A stretch of DNA of 64,000 bases from Octopus vulgaris (GCA_951406725.2 OX597827.1:22382001-22446000); one strand, 5' to 3'. Counted from the first letter of the stretch, positions 25,720-40,551 are shown. Numbers and translations: made by a program. Notes: generated by a model from the sequence alone, not told the origin.

Positions 25720-26070
25720 TATGTGGCACATGTGTGTGTGTGAGTAAAGCTGGACTCAAGAGCCATCTTCGTAGTCATAAAGCGAGACAGATGAGTGACA
25801 ACCTGGCCACTGGTGGTGGTGTAACACACCATACTAATCATATCTGTCGGGCATGTGGAAGAGAGTGTAATTCGGGAGGAGGACTTAAACGACATGCAAA
25901 GGTACATGAAGCACAGTTACAACTACAGCCAGCTATTACCGGTAAAGGTTTTAGTTGCCAATTCTGTACAAGACATTTTAGATCTTTGGCTGAGCTAAAA
26001 AGTCACATTCGGTCACAGCACTAGTAACAGTTAAGCTTCGTGCAATGGCCATACTCGATAACGAGGGGGC
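25720..26070 (+). mobile_element. RTE-like LINE 3' end encoding C2H2 zinc fingers
   Basis: ORF 25734..26024: CRACGREC..GLKRHAKVH and CQFCTRHFRSLAELKSHIRSQH; tail shared with 8517-8720 and 55915-55962. Confidence 0.65.
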
Positions 26071-26231
26071 AAGGAGTGGCTGTGTGGTAAGTAGCTTGCT
26101 CAGCAACCAGATGGTTCTAGGTTCAGTCCCACTGCGTGGCACCTTGGGCAAGTGTCTTCTTCTATAGCCTCGGGCCGACCAAAGCCTTGTGAGTGGATTT
26201 GGTAGACGGAAACGGAAAGAAGCCTGTCGTA

Positions 26232-26319
<88 letters not shown>

Positions 26320-26526
26320 TGTGTCTGTGTTTGTCCCCCAACATCGCTTGACAACCGATGGTGGTGTGTTTGCGTCCCCCGTAACTTAGCGGTTCGGCAA
26401 AAGAGACCGATAGAATAAGTACTAGGCTTACAAAGAATAAGTCCTGGGGTTGATTTACTCCACTAAAGGCGGTGCTCCAGCATGGCCACAGTCAAAATGA
26501 CTGAAACAAGTAAAAGAGTAAAGAGT
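26071..26526 (+). mobile_element. SINE family A
   Basis: A-box-like TGGCTGTGTGG, B-box-like GGTTCAGTCCC, internal (TA)n(TG)n, tail GAAACAAGTAAAAGAGT. Confidence 0.9.
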
Positions 26527-26528
26527 AT

Positions 26529-26595
<67 letters not shown>

Positions 26596-28239
26596 CATAT
26601 ATGTACATATATACATATATATACATATATATACATATATATACATATATACATATATATACATATATACATAAATACACATATATACATATATATACAT
26701 ATACATATATATACATATACATACATATAGATACATATACATACATATACATATATATACATACATATATATATATAATAAATTCATAAATAAATAAAAC
26801 ATATGCATATATACATACATATATGTACGTACCTACCTCTACATGTATATATACATGCATATATGAGTACAGGACACCCCAAAAAACGTCGAACACAATG
26901 AGAAATGAAAACATAAACACAAAACCAAGGAAATGGACATTTTTTTTAAACAACGAAAAAATAGAGTACAGGACAAACAAAACAAGGAAAATTCCCCTTC
27001 TTCAGTCGCTTTTGTTTCATCTACTCCACGTTCGAAGGTCAAGGCGATATATGACTTTAATGAAACCAATCCTTCCCGCGAAAATCAAATTAAATAAAAT
27101 TTGAGATTTTTCTGCGGAGGGGTAAAAATGGTAACAAAAACAGGACAGTAATAATGATGCGCACTCTTAACCTTTCTCTCCCCCTCCCTTTCTCAGCCTT
27201 CATTCTTTTGGCTTTCCATTTCTTCTACCTTACTGTCTCTCCCCCTCTCTCTCTCATTCTTCATTCTTTTCTCTACAATCATTCCCTTTTTTTCTCTCCC
27301 TTTCTCTTACTCCTCCTCCTCCTCCCTCCCGTCGTTGACCCGTGACGAGAACTCTGCTACTGTCTTTCTGTCCTGGCTACCTTCAAGTAGAAACGGCACT
27401 TTCTGTTGCTCCCTCGCCGTTCTCAAAAAATAGCGTTCGTAAAAATTTTTATCTCGTTCGGCTTAACAGCCCTTCTTGTTTGTGTTACTGTTATTCTCCT
27501 TGTCCTGTCTTTTACTGTTTATATTTTGTACTGTCGTTACTGTCTTAGACACAAAAACACATAGATGCATAGACGCATAGACGCAAAAACACACACACAC
27601 ATACACTCACACGTATGTGCATATATACATATACATATGCAGATATATATATATATATATATATAAAACGAAAAACGAAAAAAACAAAAGACGAAGACAG
27701 GTGGTGTACAAAACAAACAGATGTATTAGTATAACGCTCAGGAATAGAAAAAGTCTTTTACGTTTAAGGCCTGCGCTCTTCTATAGAAAGGGACACAGAA
27801 AAAACAAGGAGAGAAGAAAAATGTGTGTAGTGGCTAACGATCTATCATAGCGACTGACTGCCGGACAGAAGGGTCACACAGGAGAGCGAAGAAGTAGGGG
27901 AGATAAAAGACCAGAAAATACAGGAAAGTTTAGAAAGTATAAAGAAAGTAATGATAATAATAACAACAGTTTTACGTAAAGTTCAAAGGTTTTTGACGTC
28001 GTGGTGTATTGCAAGGATTTTTCATCAAGAGTAGCGTCCACAGTGATCCGTAGGTAGGTGAGGTGCAGCCGGAGGGTAAAATGTCCAAAAGAGAATCCGT
28101 AAAGGGTAGATAGAAAGTCCAGTGGAGAAGTTCGTGCGTGATAAGAAATGACAGGATCAATTGGTGCGACCACGTGAGCGTGTGATATATAGGGAGAGTT
28201 TACGAATATATATATACATATGTGTGTGTGTGTGCGTGT

Positions 28240-28662
28240 AATAAATTGAAATGCATAATGAATAAACGCATTAATTGGTCAAAACAACTTTATAACATTC
28301 CCTTATTATCACAAATCGAACATAAATATATGTTAAAACATCAGGGCCCCCAAGGGTAAAATTCAATAGCATAAAATATACACACATATATATATATATA
28401 TACCATTGGGTTTTGCCATTGGGTGCCCTGATGTTTACCAGTATTTTCGTCTTTCATCCTTTCGGGGTCGATAAATTAAGTACCAGTTGCGTACTGGGTC
28501 GATCTAATCGACTGCCCCCACCACACCTCACCAAAAAATTGCAGGCGTTGAACATAGAGTAGAAAAGAATATATATTTATGTTCAATTTATGATAATTTG
28601 GGAATGTTGTAAAGTTGTTTTCAAGAATTAAAGTTTTTATTCATTATACCTTTTAATTTATT
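28240..28662. repeat. Old ~130-bp-arm inverted repeat centred on (TA)n; right arm interrupted by SINE B (28445-28570)
   Basis: AAAACAACTTTATAACATTCCC vs GGGAATGTTGTAAAGTTGTTTT; AAACATCAGGGC vs GCCCTGATGTTT. Confidence 0.8.
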
Positions 28663-29109
28663 TCCCTCTCGTCTCAGTGTTACCTGAGCACTTCCATCTG
28701 CAGTCCTACTTTTATTCTTCGCTTTAACGAAATTATAAAATTATCTTCATATCATATACATACATACATACATACATTCCGTCTACCACATTCACTCGCA
28801 GGGCTGTAGTAGTAGACACTTGCTCTAGGTGCCATGTAGTGGCACAGAAATAGAATGTCTTGCGATATTTATTTCGGCTCTGTGCTCGATGAGTTCAAAT
28901 AGAGCCAAGGGTCGCCTTTGCCTCCCATCCTTTCGGTGGCAATAAAATATAATACCAGTCCTGCAATAAAGGAGTTTCTTTGTTCTCTCTCTCCCTCTCT
29001 TTCTCTCTTCCCTCTTTCTCTTTCTCTCTTCCCTCTTTCTCTTTCTCTCTTCCCTCTTTCTCTTTCTCTCTTCCCTCTTTCTCTTTCTCTCTCTCTCTAT
29101 AGGTATGAA

Positions 29110-29147
<38 letters not shown>

Positions 29148-30616
29148 CGTGTGTGCGCACTCGCGTGAAAGGTGTGGACTGCGGGAGAGAATTCACTCCA
29201 ATTATTGATTTTAATACAAGAATCCTAAAAGAGTCACTGTTTTTTGAATGACTATTCTTAGGTTGAAATTGCCAGCGTCATCTTCCGGGGCATTCTTTCA
29301 TTCTTCGTTCGTGCATGTAGACTTTTGGTATAGGCCCCTGTTCTTAAAGTTTCTCTCCCACAGTCTTTGATGATTTAATCTTATTGATCTTGTTCGATTT
29401 GCTGTGTCATTTTATTATAATAATGGCTTTAAACATCCAGCGTTGGCCAACAATGCTCTTTCCCTTAGTTCTGTCATTGCAGTCAACTTTCCCGGAAGTG
29501 GTCTTGTTGCCTTTCTCGTTGGGTTTTGTCTTTAGACGATCTTCATTAAATTACCAACAAGTGTGAAACAGCTAGAGCTACTCTTGATGTTTTATCTGTT
29601 GAATAGTTTTCTTAAACAAGACAAACACACGCCCTTGTAATAGTGAAGGGATGGGGGAAGTGTTAGTCTTTCAGTTATACGATCTCAATGTAAAAGTCAT
29701 ATGCATACACACACACACACACACCGAGAGAAAAGGGGGAAGGGAGAGGGTAGAGACAAAGAGAGCTATGTATATAAAGGGAGAAATCAAAGAGAGAGAC
29801 AGAGACAGACAAACAGAGAATGAAGGAAGGGGAGGGGTGAGAGAACGATATGGCGCCCGTTTCAACTGGAGACATTCATTTGTGAATACAAACTTGTTAC
29901 CAATTCAAATATGCTTGAGGCCTGTTCGAACCTGTAAGAAATTCATTCACTGTATTTTGTGATGGAGAAAATATTTCGCTGTAGATAGAATAGGTGTAAA
30001 TACACTGAGTCAGTTCACAGTATGCATTTCGGAGTGGTTATCTTCTCTTCAGCAGCAGAGACCGGAAGGGTAGACACAGCGAACTGCTACGAGATTTACA
30101 AAACCATAAATTTAATTGAACGTCGAAAAATCTCTATGACGCCATCAATCCGTAATCCCACCCTTTTGTTCCGATATATTCCTGAATGGTAAGCTAGAAA
30201 CTGATTTATTTGAAAACTAAACATCAGCATAGCAGTGTTTCGCAACACTAAATTGTATAAATATGTTTGAACCACTCTGTGTTGGAATGTAGGGAAATAT
30301 AATACTCTAGCCGTCTCTTTTTACGGCATCTTTTTGACGAACACAACACCCCCGACATATGCTGTGTAAACATTTCGGGCATTGACTCTATATCTGCTTT
30401 ACATGTTTCGACTGTTTCCAACACCAATAAGAATCTTATATATCGTCTTTTACAGCTCCGCAGATAAAAGGATCACGTGTCCATGTGTTCCAATGAATGT
30501 CTGACTACTAGAAACGCGATCGTACCCAGAGAAGATATAAAACATATTTCGTATTTATGTCAATACAGAGCCGGACTTGATTTTGAAGCTTCTCACTGCC
30601 ATAGCTGTACGCGTTT

Positions 30617-30673
<57 letters not shown>

Positions 30674-31391
30674 TGTTTATATTTATTTATAATTTTCTAT
30701 TTACACACATTTCTCTTTTCTTCTCTCTCCTCTCACTTTTTTTTTTACCTTTCTCTCCTCTTGTCTCTTCAAAAACACAACACCAAGTTCACGCCCCATT
30801 GTCAGTGAGAGCCGGGGAGGGGGAAGAGGAGGAGATTTTAACAAGCAAATTATGGAAGGAGGAGGACTGAAAAGAAAAGCGGTGGTGGTGGTGGTGGTGA
30901 CGGCGGCGGCAGAAGTAGATTGTGGAAAAGACGAAAGAATGCGAGGGAGGGGTGTGAGTAAAGCAGTAATGAAGACATGAGCAAGAGCTAGAGGAGAGAA
31001 GGGAATAGAAACAAGAGGGGTAAGAGGAGGAGGTTGAGGCTGGATGAGGAGGAAGGGAGAGAGGGCGAGAGAGAGAAGGGGAAACAAAAGGAGAAAGAAA
31101 GAGAGAGAGAGAGAGGAAAGTAATAAAATCAGTAATGGGGTAAGGGAGAGGAGAAATTAAAATGGTAGGAGGAGAGTGTTGAGCAGTAGGAACAGGAACT
31201 TTTTGATTGGCCCGTTCATCTCAACTGTTAACGGCAGACGACCAAGACTGTCTGTCTGTCTGTCTGTCTCTCTGTCAATGTCTGTCTCCTCACAAAAGAT
31301 ATATATATATATATATATATCATATCTATATATAGTATATATGCATACATATAGATAGACAGACAAACACACACACACACATATATACAGA

Positions 31392-31439
<48 letters not shown>

Positions 31440-31610
31440 TATGTGTGTATATATTACATATATATAATATATATATTATATATACGCACATACTGTATAT
31501 ATATATATATATATATTATATACACACATACTGTATATATATATACACACACACACACGCATATATATACACACACACATATATATATATATATACACAT
31601 GCACACACAC

Positions 31611-31685
<75 letters not shown>

Positions 31686-32229
31686 GAGAGCGAGATACTC
31701 TTGAGAGTTTCTTACCATTATAGATAGATAGACACACATACCCAAACTCGCGCGCGTATATGTATGCCTGTGTGTGTGTGCGTGTGCATGTGCGTCCATG
31801 CGTGCGTGCGTGTGCGCGTGTGTGTGCATGGCCTCATATCGTAAACGACAGGTGAGCCCTCGGCAACTTCTTACTGAACAACCTGACCGGATGATTCGTT
31901 TCTAATGATCAAATGTTCGTGTTGTACGTGGGAGCCGATTCCCTCCATCAAACTGGCATTCACAGGTGCACGGTGTGCCACAGGCCGGATGTCGAAGGGA
32001 TCGCAGAGTAATGGAAGATGAAGAGTTTTGCTCAAGATCCTAATGCACAACCCGCTCCGGGAGTGGAACCCTCAATCACTACAACACGCACCCTCACTTA
32101 TGTATTTAAGTGTGTGTTTGTGTGTATGTCTGTGTGTGCGTACGCACGCATACAACCATATATTTCCTTACTGGCACTAGAACTATACTTAGACTCTTAA
32201 AGCCTCGGCGAGAATTGGGCCCAGGCCAT

Positions 32230-35200
32230 GTCTAACTTAGTAGCGCCACTTGGAGAATCTAAATGTGATGGGTTCCACGTGCATTTCTCATTAGTAAACG
32301 CAACAGAAACCTGCTCGAATATTTCCAACTGTCTGACTGGTATCGACCGAATTTCCTGGTTGTACCAATGTCGACATGGATCAAGCGCATCGGGTCACCC
32401 ATTTTGTATCTAGATGGAGTATTCTGTCGGCCAGTAGAAAAGGAAAGTATAGGTGCCCACACTTTAAAATCGTCGGCTACACAGACTACAAATTTGGGAT
32501 CTGTACGGTTGACATACATAAGCTTCGTTGACAGGGCCCCGGTTACTGGAAATTGAACGCGTCAACCTCGGTGCGCCAAGTATACGTTAACGAAACACTC
32601 GTCAACAAAAAAATGTTGGTTCGCCCTGAAATGGGTGATTAGATAAGGTTTCGTATAGTCGTAGCGATAGAGAAAAATATAATAGAAGGGGACTTAGTAA
32701 CAAACTTAGAAGAGGCGCTTAGAAAAAGAATTGCAACCGACGTGAACGCGGCGAAATTGGCCTTCAACCAATTGACTTAAAATACGAAGATTATAGCTGT
32801 CAAAGTTAAGAAACGTGCTCTAAGACACGAGGAGCCGAAAGCCGTTCGATGGGCCTGAGTGGCAGAGTCGCAACGGAACATAAAGGAGTCTTGTTACACG
32901 AACGCAAGCAGATGAGTTCGGTTTTCAGAACTTCGGTCGAATGTTCAGAACGAATGGCGAGCCAGAACGTTGGAAGAATTTTAATACCTACCTCGACGGT
33001 CTGTTAGCGGCGACAGAAGAGGTGTGATGCGAAAAGCCGATAACAGTCGAGGAAATACGGAAAGCGACGGTTGACTGCACGGGGCGGAGGCATCTCCTCT
33101 GGTTTGGATGGTCTACTTTACAAGTTTTACTTTTATATGCCAGACTTGTTTGGAGGCCTCTTGTCAGATAAGTACCACAACTGGCTGCAGAACGGATATT
33201 TCTTAGTTCGTTGAGTCGAGGAGCGGTGGTGCTGCTGAGACAGAATCTAAACAAAGGGGATTATTGTTAAGAAACGGTCTTTCGCCACTGTTGGATCTGT
33301 CTTTCTACGGCGGTTGTCGTCCTGACACATATTGTTAGGGTCCATAGTCGTCGATAGAATGCTTCTATCCGGCACTGTACGACCCTCAATCGTACAGTGT
33401 TATTATTCTCAAAATGTTGGATCCTTATAAGGTCCCAGTATGATTACTGTATCAGCATTGATTACTATATCAGCACAGACACGACTATCAACACAGTCTA
33501 CACGTACTCTCTTATTATACGTACTCTCTCGATACTGGCCGACGTCACCTTACTTATAGTGATAAATTCATTCCACTCGTCACGTGGGAGGGGTGTACGA
33601 CTATTACTACTTCCCTACTACAATCATATTGATAATTTTCGGCCCCTAGCTCCGATAAGTGCAAATTTCAAAATTTTGGCCAAGTTGTTAGCAAAGAAGT
33701 TGTAGCTTGTCATCGACAGTTAGAAAAGTGATGCATGAAGCTGCACCATCTTGAACAAATATATCTAAAACAATCTCTGTCTCATGTGATCGCTCATTGA
33801 GAAGGTGAATAAGGAATCTGGCACGGGCAGGACTCTGACCAACTTAGATCAATCAAAAGCCTTCGATAGAGTCAGCTGCCTTTACGGTGGTCGATTACGG
33901 CCCTGTCTTCCTTGGTCTGATCACTGCAATGTACAGCGACATCTGCTCGATGGTTTTCGTGAATTGTCACTTATTGAAATCTTTCAGCATCTTGCACTCA
34001 GTCTGCCAAGGTTGTTTACTCTCGTCTCTTTTGTTTGTGCTCTTTCCGTGGAAATTAGAGATGCTGAGGGGCATACTGCGCGAACTAGGAAACGGATGAT
34101 CCGCGATGGCATACACGGAAGATACCATTGCCATAGTGCCGGATACAAGATACAATGACGTGATCGGCACTGCCCTAAGAGACTTGGAGGCGGTGAGAAA
34201 TGCAAAGACCAACCAAGAAATGTCAGTGGTCCTCCACCTTGAAAGGCAGGTCCAGTGGCGCGCATGACGAACGGACCGGATTAAATTGCACTGGGTTTGA
34301 TTTGGTGGACAAAAACTGGGATGAGGCGACATGCAGGGTGGCTAATCTTACCCAGAAATAGGCTGAGAGGAAACTATCCCTGAAGGCTAAGGCGGAGGTG
34401 TTGAATGCTTACATTCCATCCGCCACCTCCTACCGACTAACCGTAATGTCTTTCTCTACTTCATTGCTGATCAGGATGGAACGCTTGTTCCCCTGCTTTC
34501 TGTAGAGAGGACAGGTCCCGCTGGTCAAGCAGTACATTTACTGTCAACGTCGGCTGAAGTGAAGGATTGGTCATGCAGTGGTTGATAATCCGCAGAAATG
34601 TACTGAGGCTGCGACATCCAGCGTTTCTTTGGCGGCGAGCAAGTGAGTTCACCGTTTGTCAGGCACTCTTTTTGACAGAGTTGTAATCTTGCAGAAAAGT
34701 AAACCGAGACGGGGCACCTGGCACATAGAGTTTCGTCAGGTGCCCATGACACCTCTAGCAGTCCAGTAATGCGGTTGATGGATACTCTATCATAATGTTC
34801 TATAAAGGATGGTGAGTAAGAGCGATGATGTTCTTGGATAAACATTGGGCGCCGAAGAACATCAACTGGCTGGTCTTTTCCGGAAGACATTCAGGCTGAG
34901 ACCCATGGATTATTTCTAGCAGTCCCTGGCCAAGCAGTGACACTGAAGGGTATTACCAGGTCGGGATAAACTCTACAAATATGGTAGTGCGGTTACCCGC
35001 AACTGCCCGAGATGCGCACAGAGTGATGAAACCGCCCTGAGTACGATCGAACAGGGCTCGAGCAGTGTTAACTTGTAAAGTTGTGTAGAACAGCTACTAT
35101 CATTTATAGGACGGATCGAATTATCAACCGATTCCATTGTGAACATCGATCAACTGCTTTCCTTTGGTCGGGGATCGCAGGCATTTTTTCTCTGTTAGCC

Positions 35201-35420
35201 ATGGCCAAGTAGATTCTATGAAGGACAAGGTTGGTACATCTGAAGACAGACACTTCTCTTTTCAGAGAAAGCCTCACTGACTTCTTCAAGTTCCACTTAG
35301 AAAGGAATATATGGGTGGAGAGAGAGGTGCTGACCTACCGCCACTAAATTTATATCGAGGTCGGTGCACGTAGCGAGAATGGCCGAGTAAATGGACCCAA
35401 TCTAAGTATGCGCCTGTTAG
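32230..35420 (+). mobile_element. Decayed Tx1/L1-like LINE ORF2 (APE endonuclease + RT), with a foreign insert at ~33270-33625
   Basis: YLD..TDYK, GPGYWKLNAS, DNFRPL..FKILAKLLA, LDQSKAFDRV, SVCQGCLLS, AYTED. Confidence 0.8.
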
Positions 35421-35907
35421 ATGAAGAGAAGGGAGCCTTTGCCTTTCCCAGTGATCAAAGGGGCTTTGGATCTGTGGGGTGTGGCATTTCGTCCGTTTTT
35501 AAGTTCTGATGTCAAATTCTGCCGAGGTCAACTTAGCTTTTCAACCTTTGGGGGGGTCGATGAAATAACAGTTGAGCACTGGAGTCGATGACATCGACTA
35601 ACCCTCTCAACCTAAAATTTCAGGCCTTGTGCCGATAGTAGAAAGGGTTATTATTATTGTTGTTGCAACTGTTGTTATTATAGATATCGGTTTCTAATTT
35701 TGGCACCAGGCCAGCAATTTTGGGGAAGCGGGTAAGTCGATTACCTCGAATCCAGTACGTATTGTATCGATCCCGAAAGATTGAAAGGCAAAGTCGACCT
35801 CAGCGGGATTTGAACTCAGAACGCAAAAACAGACGAAATGCCGCTAAGCATTCTGCCCGGCGTGCTTCCAATTCTACCAACAAACCGCCTTATTGGCATT
35901 ATATACA

Positions 35908-36398
35908 CAGGGTGTCTCAGAGTTAACTATTTCAGAGAAATCGGAGAATATTTTTTAAAACTCGCTTTTATTTGTTTATAATGTTTAATATGTATCAAAT
36001 TTATCTTGTTTATCATTTTATAATTTTGATAATATTTATTTTACAATTTAATTTCATTTCTGTTAGATCCCACTTGTCTGTCCCCGACAGCCTTATTTCA
36101 GTTTGGCTGCCATCATTTCCTCTAGCCCTATCCCCAACAGGATGGAGTAATAGTTTACCTGAACTTAAAGGATGCATTACACTTGGTATGTTTCAAAATG
36201 TGTTTCGCAACACTAAGGTTAGATTTGAAATTTCCAGAGATACAGACGGAGCATCTGTTGAAAATGTTCAATAAAGTTTTGCAATAAGATTCATAAATCT
36301 ACTTGTTTTAATATCATAATTAAATAAACACAAAACCGCCAGTTTTTTCTTTTTATTTTGCCCGATTCCATTAAGATAGGTAATTCTGGGACACGCTG
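35908..36398 (+). mobile_element. Internally deleted Tc1/mariner element (MITE-like)
   Basis: TIRs CAGGGTGTCTCAGAGTTA / TAATTCTGGGACACGCTG-TA; transposase C-terminal remnant LPELKGCI..MFQNV..RFEISRDTDGASVE. Confidence 0.7.
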
Positions 36399-36729
36399 TA
36401 TTAAGGCAACGACGTTTCAGACACGATGGAAGGCCGGAATAAAAAGATTTGTGTTATGTGTTCTTCACCTTGGCGTGCTCAGTTCAAATTCCTTGAGGGT
36501 TAACTTAGCCATTCATCGTCCCAAGGCATTAAAATTAAGTATCAGCCAAGGTAGAAAACTAGTATTACTATTTTTACTTAATTTTTAAAATTCGTAAATA
36601 TATACAAATAGTGACGATGTGTCACCTCGTTTCTCAGAAGACTGTAAAATATACCTAGTATGAAAGTTTCAGGCGATGATAGGCACACAAATACACATGT
36701 ATATGTATATGCATGTACACACACACAAA

Positions 36730-36779
<50 letters not shown>

Positions 36780-37002
36780 AAACCGCTCGTGTCGGCAAAC
36801 GCGGTAGACTTCGATAGAGTTGTAGGTGTGTTTTTCGTTTCTCGTGTTTGTAATTGAGGCCGCGAACGAACTTTGGGGCACTTGAAGAAGTGTGGCAATC
36901 ATTGTATCCTTGATACAGAAACTTAAAGTCCTTTAAGTGAACCTCCTTAAATGTATCATTCAATATATATGAGTATACATACATACATAAATACATACAT
37001 AC

Positions 37003-37045
<43 letters not shown>

Positions 37046-37049
<4 letters not shown>

Positions 37050-37455
37050 CGCAGGAGTGGCTGTGTGGTAAGTAGCTTGCTTACCAACCACATGGTTCCG
37101 GGTCCAGTCCTATTGCGTGGCACCTTGGGCATGTGTCTTCTGCTATAGCCTCGGGCCGACCAAAGCCTTGTGAGTGGATTTGGTAGACGGAAACTGAAAG
37201 AAGCCCGTCGTATATATGTATATGTATATATGTGCGTACGTGTGTGTTTGTGCGTCTGTGTTTGTCCCCCTAGTATTGCTTGACAACCGATGCTGGTGTG
37301 TTTATGTCCCCGTCACTTAGCGGTTCGGCAAAATAGACCGATAGAATAAGTACTGGGCTTACAAAAGAATAAGTCCCGGGGTCGAGTGTTGCTCGACTAA
37401 AGGCGGTGCTCCAGCATGGCCGCAGTCAAAATGACTGAAACAAGTAAAAGAGTAA
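37046..37455 (+). mobile_element. SINE family A, near full length (reference copy)
   Basis: Further copies at ~44372-44580, 45205-45370, 48163-48325, 48740-49070, 50255-50460, 52950-53055, 58888-59310 and 62710-63100. Confidence 0.92.
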
Positions 37456-37726
37456 AATAGTAAATATATATATATATATGTTACTAATTTATATTCATGT
37501 TTCTTAATAATTGCTTGTATTCTTATTTTATATGCATACAATAATATGCTATATGTATGTATGTTATTATAATTATCAGTTTAAAAATAAATAAGCTAAC
37601 ATTTTTAACGTCCAAAGGTTGATGAACCAACTACTGTTTTCATCCATTTTCTTATTTGCAATATATATATATAGGGAGGGTTTACGGAAAAAAAACAAAA
37701 GACGAAGACGGGTGGTGTACAAAACA

Positions 37727-37786
<60 letters not shown>

Positions 37787-37870
37787 TAGATAGATAGATA
37801 TATAGATAGATAGATAGATTTGTAATTGTATGCAGTCACACACATACATATATATCTATATATAGTTGTA

Positions 37871-37907
<37 letters not shown>

Positions 37908-38725
37908 GCATGGTACATATGTACATATATATTAATATGTATGTATATCTATCTGTCTATTTCCTTCCTTTCTCTCTCTCTCTCCGTCTCTTTCACACAC
38001 ACCCTCTCTCTATGTGTGCGTGTGTGTGTGAGTGTGTGTACGTGTGTGTGTGTTTACGTGTGTATGTGGGTGCGTATGACGGTCTATGCATACATGAATA
38101 TATATATATATAGTTATAGATATGGATATATCTACACATATACATATGCATACGTATATACTTACACACAAATACATATATAATCACACACAAATGTCTA
38201 CATATATATAAAAACATGTGTATATGTGTGTGCCTGTGTGTGTGTTTGTGTCTGTGTACGTGCGTGCGTGTGTGTATACATATGTACATAAAGATATGCA
38301 TGTGTACATGTATTTGAATACTTCTAAATGTATACTGATATATATGTATAAAGATACGTACATATATGGATACATATGTTTAAGCATTATATACACACAC
38401 ACACACGTGTCTGTGTGTGTGCGAGCGGGTGTGCGAGCGGGTGTGTAAGCGGTCTATGTAAACAACATGTATGTATGTATAAACAGAGACAGACCGACAG
38501 GCAGACAGACAAAGAGAGAGAAAGACTTTCTGAACAGTCATCGCCTACTTAACGAAAGAGCCTATACACAAAATACACGCAATGTGAAAATTGCTTCCCA
38601 AAAGCTCTGACATTTTGCTTTATTAAAAAAGAAATTTTAAATAAAAAGAACTTTTTCATTAAATGTATGTACACACACACAGGCACACACATATATATAT
38701 ATATGTGTAGATATATGTGTATATA

Positions 38726-38775
<50 letters not shown>

Positions 38776-38877
38776 GATATATGTGTATATATATATGTAT
38801 ATAAAAATATGTATATATATATTTATATGTATAGATATACATATATATATATATGTATACACATATATATATATGTG

Positions 38878-38926
<49 letters not shown>

Positions 38927-38948
38927 GCATATATATATATTTATATGT

Positions 38949-38990
<42 letters not shown>

Positions 38991-39033
38991 AGATATATAT
39001 ATATGCATATATATATGTGCGTAGATATATGTG

Positions 39034-39064
<31 letters not shown>

Positions 39065-39321
39065 GTACGTTTAAATATTTGTTGTGCAAGATTTTTTATG
39101 TGAAGTCGTGTGTTGAAACAGATATTGTTATATTTCGGAATGGTCGAACGTATATAAACAGAAGATACAAATATTAAAGGCATCCCCCCACATACACACA
39201 CTAAATAAACATAGACGCACATAGAGATATAAGCATGCGCAAATGAAGACATACAATAGAAATACAAAATGGCTGACGGTTAGTAAGGAGAGACACAAAT
39301 AAGAAAGAAGAAAACAAAGGA

Positions 39322-39361
39322 CCACTGATGCGGTCACAGGAGTGTGACGAAAGAACTCTGG
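39322..39361 (+). ncRNA. Minimal hammerhead-like fold (A9C core variant)
   Basis: CCA-CTGATGC-G-GTCAC AGGAGT GTGAC-GAAA-GAAC-TC-TGG. Confidence 0.45.
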
Positions 39362-39498
39362 CCGAAATAAGATTAAGATTAATGTAAAAAATAAATAACA
39401 CTGAAGCAAAATAACACCAAATATATAGTGCGTGAGTTTCTATTGTCTAAACTGGCAATATGACCATTCCGAAATATAACAATATATATATGTAGATA

Positions 39499-39552
<54 letters not shown>

Positions 39553-39760
39553 GATATATGTAGATATATGTATGTATATATATATATATATATGTAGATA
39601 TATGTATATATATATATATATGTAGATATATGTGTATATATATATGTATGTAGATATATGTGTATATATATATATATTTATATATATATATATGTAGATA
39701 TATGTGTATATATATATATATATGTATATGTAGATATATGTATATATATATATATGTAGA

Positions 39761-39810
<50 letters not shown>

Positions 39811-40149
39811 GATATATGTGTATATATATATATATATGTAGATATGTGTGTATATCTATATATATATATATGTAGAGAAATGTATATATATACATATATA
39901 TATATACGTGTATATATATATGTATATATATATATATATTTATATATATATGTATATATATATGTATATGTATATATATATATGTATATATATATATGCA
40001 TATATATGTATATATATATGTAGATATATATATATGTAGATATATATATGTGTATATATATATATGTATATATATATACACATGTGCGCGTGTGTGTGTA
40101 TGTATAGATATATATGATTATACATGCTGGTATCTACATATATATATAT

Positions 40150-40205
<56 letters not shown>

Positions 40206-40551
40206 CTTAACGTCTGTTTTTATTCCTCAATAATATCGAAAAAAGTTTTACATTAATTTGAAGAGTTGTGCCATAATTCTGAACAATACAAATGTATTCA
40301 TCTTTAAAAAGAACAGTATTCAATGTGATAGTTTACCTCGCCCAATCTTCGAAATCACTGTCGATACAATTCTTGCTAAAGAATATATATATATATATAT
40401 ATATATAAATACATATATAAATATATAAGAATAAATATATGCATATATAAATATATATACATACATATATATAAATACATGTTCAATAATACTATACCTG
40501 TTCCACGTCCTCGCGTCGTTGTGTTTTCTCTTTGCGTTTTCATGTTTGGAT

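Noticed and set aside
25734-26024. C2H2 zinc-finger host gene
   Set aside because: A second decayed copy and a shared LINE-like tail elsewhere in the window indicate a retrotransposon C-terminus
26060-26085. RTE tail fused to SINE head as a chimeric element
   Set aside because: Single instance with both ends trimmed at a short GCA-like overlap; more likely a local deletion
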